The translations under genes and the position numbers were made by a program. From NCBI GenBank assembly GCA_000830275.1, contig CP010424.1, positions 540,001 to 572,000 of the forward strand: DNA of 32,000 nt. The letters are read 5' to 3'. The stretch is from an archaeon GW2011_AR10. Its GTDB lineage: Archaea > Iainarchaeota > Iainarchaeia > Iainarchaeales > GW2011-AR10. Below the pieces are notes generated by a model that did not search any database, had not been told where the DNA came from, and saw nothing but the letters and a program-made list of their open reading frames with translations. This document shows positions 22,587 through 31,256 of the stretch, one piece after another; within the stretch, counting starts at the first letter, position 1; each line of letters opens with the position of its first letter.

Positions 22587-24347
22587 ATGAAAACAATTTT
22601 TTTGGCAGAAAACAGGAAACAGCTTGAGCCAGCCAAAGCGCCTAAAGAAAATTCTTTCTCTCTTGAAGAATCAGTTGAATTAAGCGGAAAGGAATTCAGA
22701 GAAATCGATTCAGCTGCAAGGCACATTTCAGAAAACTGGTTCAAGGAGATTGAACCAGAAATCAGGGAACTAATAACATATAAAGGAATAAACCTCGGCT
22801 ACCTCGCATCCTACAACCTGATGAGAAACATTGTAATAGAATTCTCTAAAATAGAAAAAACCAAGAAAATTCTTTTCAAGGAAAAGCCTGAAAAAATAAT
22901 TGCGCCTTCAGGAAGCTTAATCAAAAAAATGCTTGAATTGCTTGAGTTTAAAGGCGAAGTTAAAGAAACCCCCGCTCACAGAAATTTTTTTGGCTTTTCA
23001 GATTTCAGGCAACTAGTTTTGGGATTAACAAGTGACAGAACAGCTTATTGGCGTTACCTTCTGCTTCATTTACTAAAGCGTTTCTCTTTTCCAAAAAAAA
23101 GCAGCAAAAATTCACTTTTAATCAGTTCTCCTTACTTTCCCCGCTTTACCTCGTTGATGGACAGGCTTTCAAGCAGGCATGAATTGATTCTGCTAGACAA
23201 CGACCCAAGATACGTTGATTACCTTCTTTCAAAAAATTGCAGTTTTTCTGTTTTTTCTGAAAGCCTAATTTCAAATGAAGTGAAAAGAGAGGCTGAATCA
23301 AAAAGAGGCGACCTAGCAAAAGCCTCTTTGTTGCTTTCAAAAAGCAAGAAATTGAATGAAGTTGTGCGCTTCAATGGAGTGAATGCTTTCCCGCTGCTAG
23401 AAAAATTGTTTAAGAATATTGTTGAAGGAGACTTTTATTCTTCAGTGCTTTACATTGAGGCAACAAAAAAAATAGCATCTGAAAAAAATGTTTCCGGCAT
23501 TGTTGTGTGGTCCGACATTCCGCTTTTTGAAAGGTCAGTTGTGGCTGCATGCAAAAGAAACAGCATTCCAAGCATTGTAATCCAGCATGGAATAAGTGAA
23601 GGCGACAAAACAGGCTTTTTGCCCCTGTTCGCAGACAAGTTTGCGGCATGGGATGAAAGCAGCAGGGAGCAGTTCATTAGACTCGGAATGGACAGGAAAA
23701 GGATTGACGTAATAGGCAATCCAAGGTTTGACGTGCTGCCAGCCATAAAGTTTGACAGGAGAAAAACCCTGCAGGGACTTGGAATTTCTCCAGAAAAAAA
23801 AGTTGTTTTGTTTGCAAGCCAGCCTGTTTTAATTGATTACGCATACAATAACAAAAAAGTCAGGGAAGAAAGAAACAATATTGTAATCAGTTCAGCTGAA
23901 AAAATCGGGGGAACTCACCTTGTAATATTGTGCCATATGGCTGAAAGCAAGGAAGAGTTTGCAGGGCTTGTGAAAGGCAGAAAAAATGTTACAGTTTTAA
24001 AGCCAAAGGAAAGCGATTCAGTTTTCCACCTGATAAACGCATGCGATGCACTAGTAACATGCACTTCAACCACCACAATAGAGGCAATACTTTTGGGAAA
24101 ACCGCTGCTAATAGTTAACCCTTCAGCAGAAAAATGCCCGGTGATTTTCCCAAAGGAAGGGGTCGCGATTGAAGTGAAAAATGAAAAGGAATTCGCAGAG
24201 AAAATAAAAAAAGTACTGTTTGATGCGGAAACGCAAAACAGGCTGAGAGAATCAAGGAAAAAATTCCTGAAAAAAAATTACTCCAACATTGATGGAAAAG
24301 CAACTGAAAGAATTGTTGAACTGATTGAAAAAACTGCAAAGAAATAA
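22587..24347 (+). CDS. Polysaccharide-biosynthesis protein with a GT-B-like C-terminal half (capsule-synthesis/TagF-like), family uncertain
   Basis: The C-terminal segment LINACDALVTCTSTTTIEAILLGKPLLIVNP resembles the nucleotide-sugar-binding half of KpsS/TagF-type enzymes. The N-terminal roughly 300 aa are not recognised. The ATG at 22587 is preferred over the overlapping TTG at 22560. Confidence 0.55.
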   Translation: MKTIFLAENRKQLEPAKAPKENSFSLEESVELSGKEFREIDSAARHISENWFKEIEPEIRELITYKGINLGYLASYNLMRNIVIEFSKIEKTKKILFKEKPEKIIAPSGSLIKKMLELLEFKGEVKETPAHRNFFGFSDFRQLVLGLTSDRTAYWRYLLLHLLKRFSFPKKSSKNSLLISSPYFPRFTSLMDRLSSRHELILLDNDPRYVDYLLSKNCSFSVFSESLISNEVKREAESKRGDLAKASLLLSKSKKLNEVVRFNGVNAFPLLEKLFKNIVEGDFYSSVLYIEATKKIASEKNVSGIVVWSDIPLFERSVVAACKRNSIPSIVIQHGISEGDKTGFLPLFADKFAAWDESSREQFIRLGMDRKRIDVIGNPRFDVLPAIKFDRRKTLQGLGISPEKKVVLFASQPVLIDYAYNNKKVREERNNIVISSAEKIGGTHLVILCHMAESKEEFAGLVKGRKNVTVLKPKESDSVFHLINACDALVTCTSTTTIEAILLGKPLLIVNPSAEKCPVIFPKEGVAIEVKNEKEFAEKIKKVLFDAETQNRLRESRKKFLKKNYSNIDGKATERIVELIEKTAKK

Positions 24348-24351
24348 GGTA

Positions 24352-25872
24352 ATGGAAATGGCTTCACTGAAACGGCTGATATTCAGGAACACTCTCTTCA
24401 ACAGCTTCAGTTTCATCTGGAGCATCCTGCTAAACATACTGCTTCTCCCATTCATGATAGAGCACATAGGCATCGTAGGTTTCGGAGTATATGTTCTTGT
24501 TATCTCAATAACCGGCTACTTTGCCCTGCTTGATTTGGGCATTGGAGTTTCGCTTGTAAAACTTATAGCTGAGCACAATGCAAAAAAGCAGTTTGAAAAG
24601 ATGAATGAAATAATTAGCACTGCTTTTTTCACTTACGCAATTATTGGGCTGATTGTTGCGGCGGGACTTTTTTCAATTGCAACACTTTTTCTTGGAGTAT
24701 TCAACATGCCGCAGGAATTCTACTCCCAAGCCCAGACAATACTTTATATTGTCGGCATTACCTCAATTTTTTCTTTTCCATTACTTGCACTCAACGGGGT
24801 GCTCAGCGGCCTGCAGAGGTATGATCTTACAGCACTTATTGGTTTTATTACCGCAACACTGAGCGCAATTGTTACTGTTGCAGTGCTTTTGGCCGGCTTC
24901 GGAATAGTTGAGCTTGTGCTGTTCATTTCAATCACGCAGATGCTTTGCTCGCTGCTCAACCTTTTCTTTGCAAAAAAGCTTTTTCCTTTCCTAAGAATTA
25001 GCCCGGCCCTAGTCAGCAAAAAACCGCTGAAAACAATTTTTAGTTTCAGCCTACTCATGTTTTTGCTTTCCTTGACAGGAATGATTACTTTTGAAACAGA
25101 CAGAATTGTAATAGGGATTTTCCTTACAGTTGGGCTCATTACGTTCTATGAAGTGAACCTGAAGCTTAACCTAATCACAAGACGGGTTTTCCACATGCTG
25201 CGTGCAGCAATAATCCCTACTGCCTCTGACCTCAACGCAAAAGGGGATTTTAAGGGCATACAGAGGCTTTACCTTGACTCAAGCAAATACCTCAATTTCC
25301 TGTTTTTTCCTTTTGTGCTGATTCTGATGGTTCTTGCAAAGCCGATTATTGCTTACTGGGTTGGCGCAGAGTTTGCAGAATACTACCTTGTTGCAGAAAT
25401 TTTATTGACGGCATGGTTTTTTGTTTCAGACATGAGTGACCCAATCCTAACAGGAATCGGAAAAATTCACTTCATGCTGTTTTTTGCACTGCTGCACTCA
25501 ATTTCAAACCTGATTCTAAGCATTTGGCTTGTTGGCCCATTTGGCCTGATTGGGGTTGCGCTTGGAACTGCTTTGCCTGCAGTGGTTTTCGGGCCAACAA
25601 TTTTCCTGCCCTATGTTTTGAAAACGCTTAAAATCTCGTTCAGAGAATTTTTTAGGGAAATTTATGTAAGGCAGATAATTTTTTCTGGGCTGATGGCAAC
25701 AATTCTTTTGCTCGCAGTGCAGATTCATTACCCGCAGAACATAATTGAAACAGGCATTTACGGAGCAGCGGCTTTCGCATTCTATTTTTGGGTAATTCTT
25801 TCAGTTGGATTGCGGAAGGATGAACGGGAATTCATTTTAAGCCTGCTGGCATTCAAGCAGGCCAAGATTTGA
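24352..25872 (+). CDS. Wzx-like oligosaccharide flippase (MOP/polysaccharide biosynthesis protein family)
   Basis: The protein is polytopic. The N-terminal LKRLIFRNTLFNSFSFIWSILLNILLLPFMIEHIGIVGFGVY is typical of Wzx/RfbX-type proteins. The ATG at 24352 follows the upstream stop; the track ORF starts at 24325. Confidence 0.8.
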   Translation: MEMASLKRLIFRNTLFNSFSFIWSILLNILLLPFMIEHIGIVGFGVYVLVISITGYFALLDLGIGVSLVKLIAEHNAKKQFEKMNEIISTAFFTYAIIGLIVAAGLFSIATLFLGVFNMPQEFYSQAQTILYIVGITSIFSFPLLALNGVLSGLQRYDLTALIGFITATLSAIVTVAVLLAGFGIVELVLFISITQMLCSLLNLFFAKKLFPFLRISPALVSKKPLKTIFSFSLLMFLLSLTGMITFETDRIVIGIFLTVGLITFYEVNLKLNLITRRVFHMLRAAIIPTASDLNAKGDFKGIQRLYLDSSKYLNFLFFPFVLILMVLAKPIIAYWVGAEFAEYYLVAEILLTAWFFVSDMSDPILTGIGKIHFMLFFALLHSISNLILSIWLVGPFGLIGVALGTALPAVVFGPTIFLPYVLKTLKISFREFFREIYVRQIIFSGLMATILLLAVQIHYPQNIIETGIYGAAAFAFYFWVILSVGLRKDEREFILSLLAFKQAKI

Positions 25873-25873
25873 G

Positions 25874-27163
25874 TTAGCAGTGTTCCAAAAAAGAGCCGAC
25901 CTTTTCAGCGGTTTTTTTTGCAAGCTCAATTGAGTAATTAAGGCTCCTGTCAAAAGGGTAAATGTAGGCAGTGTTGGACACAAAAACTCCTTTAACAGGT
26001 GTTTCCATCGGCGGGATTTTCTTTGAATGGTTTACAGCGTAAATCGGGGTGGCAAACCGGTTCCTGAAAAAATTTATTTTTTTTATTGAACTCAAATCCG
26101 CTTCAGGAAAAACTTTTTTTAATCCATCAAGGTATTTTTTTTCAACGGTTTGCTCTGAATCATTGAATATTTTGTCATCCCAAGAACAGTAATTGAAAAG
26201 GTAAAACAAATGCGTTCCATACCGTTCCTTCGGAATGAAGTTTGTGTGCTCAATTATTCCTCCAAACGGAAGCTCATTAGTGCCAAGGTTAAGCCAGTAA
26301 ATGCTGCTTAACGGTTTTTCTGACTCAAAAGTCATGCACTGAACACCAAGGTAATCCACTCCAAGAATTTTTTTTGCATAGGAATCTAAGCGAAAAGATT
26401 TTGTGATGTTTAAAAAAATCGGGAACGGAACAGTGAAAACTATGGAATCAAAACCCCCAAAAGCATCCAAGAAAAATTTTCCGTTCCTGCGTTTAATTGA
26501 CATGATTTTAGACTTGGTTATTTCAACGCCTTTTTCTTTGAGAACTGAAACCAGTTTTTCAAAAAGTTTCTGCATTGAGCCATCAATGTAGCCAAGCAGT
26601 TCCTTGTTAATGCCTCGGGACTTGGCCCTGAGATTAATTCTGCCCCAAATCCAAGACATTGACACTTTTTCGGCTTTTGAGCCGAACTTTGTCCTCAAAA
26701 GCGGGAGCCAAATGGTGTTGAAAACGTTTTCGCCACAAACTTTCCTGAGCCAGTCCGCTGCCTTAATCTCTTCCAGTTTTCTCCAGTCATTCTCAAAGCG
26801 AAGGTAAAGAATGCATAAACCAAACCGAATCTTGTCAATGAAGTTTAATCCGGGAAAAAACAGAAGGCTTGACTCAGTGCCAAAATCGAAAACCTTGTTG
26901 TTCCAGTAAAACCCCATTGTTGCTTTCCTGAACTCGTATTTCAGACCTAGCTCTTCAAGAAGGGAAATTAATTCCAAATCAGTTTTGAACATATGGTGAT
27001 AAGTTTCCTCAAGAAATTCCCCCTTTTTTGTTTTAAAAGAGCTTGCAAGGCCGCCGATTTTTTCGCCCTCAAAAACTGAAACAGCATAGCCTTTTTTTAC
27101 CAACTCTAGTGCGGTTGCCAAGCCTGTTATTCCTCCTCCAACAATTCCAACTTTTTTTGGCAT
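25874..27163 (-). CDS. FAD/NAD(P)-binding oxidoreductase (amine-oxidase/phytoene-desaturase/PPO-like fold)
   Basis: The N-terminal dinucleotide-binding motif is KVGIVGGGITGLATALELVKKGYAVSVFEGEKIGGLA. 429 aa. Confidence 0.8.
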   Translation of the reverse strand: MPKKVGIVGGGITGLATALELVKKGYAVSVFEGEKIGGLASSFKTKKGEFLEETYHHMFKTDLELISLLEELGLKYEFRKATMGFYWNNKVFDFGTESSLLFFPGLNFIDKIRFGLCILYLRFENDWRKLEEIKAADWLRKVCGENVFNTIWLPLLRTKFGSKAEKVSMSWIWGRINLRAKSRGINKELLGYIDGSMQKLFEKLVSVLKEKGVEITKSKIMSIKRRNGKFFLDAFGGFDSIVFTVPFPIFLNITKSFRLDSYAKKILGVDYLGVQCMTFESEKPLSSIYWLNLGTNELPFGGIIEHTNFIPKERYGTHLFYLFNYCSWDDKIFNDSEQTVEKKYLDGLKKVFPEADLSSIKKINFFRNRFATPIYAVNHSKKIPPMETPVKGVFVSNTAYIYPFDRSLNYSIELAKKTAEKVGSFLEHC

Positions 27164-27227
27164 TAGACAGAATTATTTTGTTAAGATTATTTAAACCAAT
27201 CTCGCTCTAATATTATTGAGGCATTCG

Positions 27228-29381
27228 ATGGATAAAATCAGGATTAAGGCCGCTTATTTTGTTCTTTTCCTTGCACTGATTTTTTTGCTGGTTCAGACGG
27301 CATTCTTTGCGGTGCCATTGCAGCACACGCTGCAATTCTACATTGTGGGCTTTTTTGTTTTCTTTGTTCCAGGCCATGTTATTTTAAGAGCAGCCAGGCA
27401 GGAGTTCCAGATATTCAAGAGCATGGCATTTTCCACTTCAGCAGGAATTGTTTTTTCCGTGCTTGCGTTTTTCATGTTCAGCATGATTGGAATGCAGAAC
27501 TTTTTCTTTGTTTTCCCGGCTATTTTAACAATAATTTTTCTGCACTGGCCCGGAAATTTTTTTAAGCACCTAACAGGGGATTTAATCGAACTCAGCAAAG
27601 AAAACATTGCAGTTATCATTGTAATTTTCTTGCTGCTGGTTTCAGGAGCGCTTTTCTTTTACCCAAATGCGATTTTTTCTGGCAGCGGAACAGAAATTTT
27701 TGAAGAAAACGCAGGGGACTCGCTTTTCCACCTCTCCCTAGCACAAAATATGCTATATAATGTTCCTCCAGAAACGCCTGGTTTTACAGGAGCTTCACTG
27801 AAAGGCTACCATTTTTATTCAATGGCCCCAGTTTCAATAGTTAAAAACCTTTCCCCGGAAATAAGCATTTTTGACATTTTTTTCAGGCTCATGCCAACGC
27901 TCTACATTTTTTTGCTTGGCTTGAACCTCCTGTTTTTTTTGAAACTGTTTTTCGGTAACGCGAAAAAGGAAATTATTGCATTGTTTCTGGTTTTGTTCGG
28001 CGCCGGTTTCTCGTTTCTTGTTCCACTGCTCACTGAATGGAACCAGTCAAAAAACTTTGCGGGCATTTTTGGGGAAATAAACATTGCAAGCATACTAAAC
28101 TACACTTCGTTAAGTTCACTGGCAGTAATGTTCGCAGGAATGTATTTCCTGTTGCTTTACCTTAACGGCAACAAAAACCTTTCAACAAACCCAAGCAAAA
28201 TCAGGGATTTTGCGGGCCACGTAAAACCAAAGGTTTTACATGGAGGTTTGCGAAAAATGGCCTACGGCAAAAACCTTTCAATCATTTCAGGGCTTTTTTT
28301 TGGCTCGCTTATAGGGTTTAAAACATATTCAGGGGTTTTGATTTTCTCTGCTCTTGCATTTGCAGCATTATTTGAATTTTTGAAGCACCGCAACACAAAA
28401 CTTTTCAAGGTGCTTGTTTTTTCCCTTTTGGTTGCGTCGCCGGTTTTAATCATGAACATGGGTGCTGCAGGCAGCTCATTCAGTTTTTCCCCGTTATTCA
28501 TTCCAATGCACTATTTTCTTAAAGCCGGCATTGCGCCAATAGATGAAATAACTTCGTTAACTGAAATGCCTTTTGCAAAAGTTCTTTTGTTTGCTTTTGC
28601 GGCATTGTTTTTCCTTGCAGGGGCAATTGGCTTCAGGGCACTTGGCTTCCAGAGCGTCGGAAAACGGCTTTCAGAGCAGAAAGCTTTTGGAACATTCCTT
28701 TTTTTCTTCATGGCATTAGCTTTTGTTTTGGCTTTCTTCTTCAAGGCCGCTTCTCCCATACACCAGTGGAACACTGAGCAGTTCTTCTTTTACTTTTTGA
28801 TTGGTCTGACATTTTTTGCAGCAGACAATATTGCAGAAATAATTGAAAAACCAAACAGCAAAACCAAGAAAGCGCTTTTTATTGCAATTGTGCTGGCTGC
28901 CGCGCTGCCCAGCTCCGTGCAGTATGTTGTTGCAGAATCCTCCTTGCTCGGAAACCCGTACTCGGTTAAAATAACCCAAGCGGAGCTCAACGCTCTTGCC
29001 TTCATAAAACAAAACTCAAGTTACGGTGATGTATTGCTGCACAATCTTGCAGATTTCAACGCAGAAGACAGAACAGGAAACAAAGTTGTTTTCGGCAACA
29101 GGAACTCAATGGCAGAAGTTTTTTCCTCTCGCAATTCTGTCTTGGGCGAACGATGGATTGCAATGCTTCTTTCGCTTTCATGGGAGGAGCGCGCGGAAGA
29201 TGTCGAAAAATTTTTTTCAACAAGCAAAAGCGATGAAGCAAAAAAGATAATCGAAAAATATTCAGTGGATTTTGTGTTTGTCCAAAAAGGGCAGGGGCTT
29301 GATTTTGACGGAACAGGATTTCTTGAAAAAGTTTTTGAACAGGACGGCATCAGGGTTTACAGGACCAGAATGCAAAATTAG
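27228..29381 (+). CDS. Large multi-pass membrane protein with a C-terminal soluble domain, putative GT-C-like glycosyltransferase or polymerase
   Basis: About 717 aa from the ATG at 27228 (the track TTG is at 27216). Many TM helices precede a polar roughly 150-aa C-terminus. An early loop carries acidic residues (EENAGDSLFH). No WWD motif is present. Confidence 0.55.
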   Translation: MDKIRIKAAYFVLFLALIFLLVQTAFFAVPLQHTLQFYIVGFFVFFVPGHVILRAARQEFQIFKSMAFSTSAGIVFSVLAFFMFSMIGMQNFFFVFPAILTIIFLHWPGNFFKHLTGDLIELSKENIAVIIVIFLLLVSGALFFYPNAIFSGSGTEIFEENAGDSLFHLSLAQNMLYNVPPETPGFTGASLKGYHFYSMAPVSIVKNLSPEISIFDIFFRLMPTLYIFLLGLNLLFFLKLFFGNAKKEIIALFLVLFGAGFSFLVPLLTEWNQSKNFAGIFGEINIASILNYTSLSSLAVMFAGMYFLLLYLNGNKNLSTNPSKIRDFAGHVKPKVLHGGLRKMAYGKNLSIISGLFFGSLIGFKTYSGVLIFSALAFAALFEFLKHRNTKLFKVLVFSLLVASPVLIMNMGAAGSSFSFSPLFIPMHYFLKAGIAPIDEITSLTEMPFAKVLLFAFAALFFLAGAIGFRALGFQSVGKRLSEQKAFGTFLFFFMALAFVLAFFFKAASPIHQWNTEQFFFYFLIGLTFFAADNIAEIIEKPNSKTKKALFIAIVLAAALPSSVQYVVAESSLLGNPYSVKITQAELNALAFIKQNSSYGDVLLHNLADFNAEDRTGNKVVFGNRNSMAEVFSSRNSVLGERWIAMLLSLSWEERAEDVEKFFSTSKSDEAKKIIEKYSVDFVFVQKGQGLDFDGTGFLEKVFEQDGIRVYRTRMQN

Positions 29382-30082
29382 CGGAGAGTATTAATTCTGA
29401 ATTTAATCAAGTCAGCTATTGTTTCAATTATTTTCCCATAGCCAATGCATCGGCTTGTCCCGTACTTTCTTTTCAGGTGCCTTACCGGAACTTCCTTAAT
29501 TCTTAGGCCATTTTTTTTTGCCCTGTAAATGAATTCAGCACTGAAAAAACCGCTGTTAGAATCAACAGTGAGCCCATTCAGCGCTTTTCTTCTCACAAGC
29601 TTGAATGCGCAATCAGGGTCCTTAACATTCAGGCTGAGAACCAAAAGAAGGGCAAGGCTGTAGCATTTCTGAATAATATGCCTTCTAAAGCCTTCAGCCC
29701 TCTTTGTTCGATAGCCTATTACAAGGTCCGCATCCATAATTTCATCTAGAAATTTGGTAAAATCTTCAACAGTGAACTGGGCATCACCATCAGTAAAGCC
29801 AATCAATTCTTTTTTTGCTGAAGAAAGCCCTGACTTTAGCGCGCCGCCATAGCCCCTGTTTTTTTTGTGGTGAACTACTCTTACATTTTCAAACTTTTTT
29901 GCAAGCCTGTCTGCAACTTTTCCTGTATTGTCTGGAGAACAGTCATCCACTACAATTATCTCAAACTCCCTGCCGCTTTTGCTTAACGAAGAGTTAAAGT
30001 CCTCTACAAGGCCGGGAATGCTTTTTTCGTCAAAGTATGCGGGAAAGAAAAAAGAAACGCTTTCTTTGGAAGTTTTCGCCAT
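29378..30082 (-). CDS. GT2, polyprenyl-phosphate glycosyltransferase type (GtrB/ArnC-like), paralog of 13760..14476
   Basis: The motifs are SVSFFFPAYFDEKSIP...IIVVDDCSPDNT, FTDGDAQF and PVRHLKRKYGTSR. Its 3' end overlaps the convergent membrane-protein gene by 4 nt. Confidence 0.85.
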   Translation of the reverse strand: MAKTSKESVSFFFPAYFDEKSIPGLVEDFNSSLSKSGREFEIIVVDDCSPDNTGKVADRLAKKFENVRVVHHKKNRGYGGALKSGLSSAKKELIGFTDGDAQFTVEDFTKFLDEIMDADLVIGYRTKRAEGFRRHIIQKCYSLALLLVLSLNVKDPDCAFKLVRRKALNGLTVDSNSGFFSAEFIYRAKKNGLRIKEVPVRHLKRKYGTSRCIGYGKIIETIADLIKFRINTLR

Positions 30083-30122
30083 AAAACTCTGTTTCCGCTT
30101 TCAAAAAAAAATCATTGGAAAG

Positions 30123-31256
30123 TTATTTATTTGGTTTGGTTTCCTCGATTATTTTTTTCAGCTCAAAGCCGATTTTTTCCGCTGTAAAATTCTGCCTGAA
30201 AACCCTGAATGCATTTGAAGAAATGCTTCTTCTTAGAGGCGGGTTGCTTTTGAGGAAAAGAATTTTTTGCGCAAGCGAGGAAGCATTTCCGCCTTTGCAG
30301 AAAACAATGCTTTCATTCTCCTTGAAGAACTCTCTTGCTGCGGGAGTGTCAGCGTTGATTACAGGCTTTTTCATTGCGATTGACTGGAATATTTTGTGGC
30401 CGATGAATATGTTTGCCCTCTCGGTTTTCCCGAACTGCCCCAAGCAAATGTCAGCTGACGCAATTTCTTCCGGAAGATTTTCCTCAGGCACCCAGCCCAA
30501 AAACTCAACATTTGCAAGGCTTTTCTGTTCTGCCATTGCCTTAACTTCGTTGAAAAGCAGACCCTTGCCTAGCAGCTTGAACCTTATGTCTTTTTCGTTT
30601 TTAAGCTTCTCGGCTGCACCGATTATGTATTCTAATCCCTGCAAAGGAATGAACGAACCGAAAAAAAGAACATTGAAGTTTTTGCTTTTTTTTGCTGGGC
30701 GGGAAAAAAATTTTTCTTCCTCCGCACCAAGGTAAAGAACCCTCATCTTTTCTTTTGGAACCTTAAGGGTTTTTGAAAGGGAATCTGCATGGGTTTTTGT
30801 CTGCACCAATACTTTATCAGAAAGCGCGAATGAAAGCCTATCCTTCCACAAATTCCATTCTGCTGAAAAAGATTTTTCAGGGAAAACCCTGCTTTCAAGA
30901 ACTAATGTAGCGTATTTTGAGTTGAAGATGTCGAAAACAAGTTTTTTTCCGAAAAGCTTCGCAAAAAACCATGCAAGGAAAACATCGTACTCCCATTCAA
31001 ACGGAACAATGATTGAATCACATTTCCTTCCGCCCCTTAAAAATTTAAAAAAAAGTTTGGTATAACATTTTGAAAAAACAAGGGACCTTTTGACAATGAA
31101 TTCTGCAAGGCCAAGCTTTCCTTCTCTGCTGATTTTTATTTGTGGAAGCGAAACATTGCATTCAATTACTTCCACGCCATTTTTTTGCAGGCCTTTCCTT
31201 AAAACAATGTTTCTCGGATAGGAAGGATCGTAAGTTCCAAAAAAGCAGACCCTCAT
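30123..31256 (-). CDS. GT-B-fold glycosyltransferase (GT4/GT1-like)
   Basis: The N-terminus MRVCFFGTYDPSYPRNIVLRKGL is typical of a GT-B subgroup in glycan clusters. The ATG at 31256 overlaps the upstream stop (ATGA); the track ORF starts at the TTG at 31271. Confidence 0.75.
   Translation of the reverse strand: MRVCFFGTYDPSYPRNIVLRKGLQKNGVEVIECNVSLPQIKISREGKLGLAEFIVKRSLVFSKCYTKLFFKFLRGGRKCDSIIVPFEWEYDVFLAWFFAKLFGKKLVFDIFNSKYATLVLESRVFPEKSFSAEWNLWKDRLSFALSDKVLVQTKTHADSLSKTLKVPKEKMRVLYLGAEEEKFFSRPAKKSKNFNVLFFGSFIPLQGLEYIIGAAEKLKNEKDIRFKLLGKGLLFNEVKAMAEQKSLANVEFLGWVPEENLPEEIASADICLGQFGKTERANIFIGHKIFQSIAMKKPVINADTPAAREFFKENESIVFCKGGNASSLAQKILFLKSNPPLRRSISSNAFRVFRQNFTAEKIGFELKKIIEETKPNK

Noticed and set aside
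27228-29381. Calling the 721-aa membrane protein the oligosaccharyltransferase AglB/STT3
   Set aside because: No WWD(Y/W)G-like motif or other STT3 hallmark was found on reading the translation. Size and topology alone are not sufficient.
30115-30735. Long antisense ORFs in the track (for example 30115..30735 + 206 aa, 11763..12224 + 153 aa, 3380..3817 + 145 aa, 1454..1873 + 139 aa) and the many 60-130-aa ORFs nested in larger genes
   Set aside because: Each lies opposite a longer ORF with clear family motifs (GT4, SDR, PIN/AbrB and others). Their translations are Ser/Leu/Phe/Cys-rich low-complexity strings typical of shadow frames, and they lack plausible starts or promoters.
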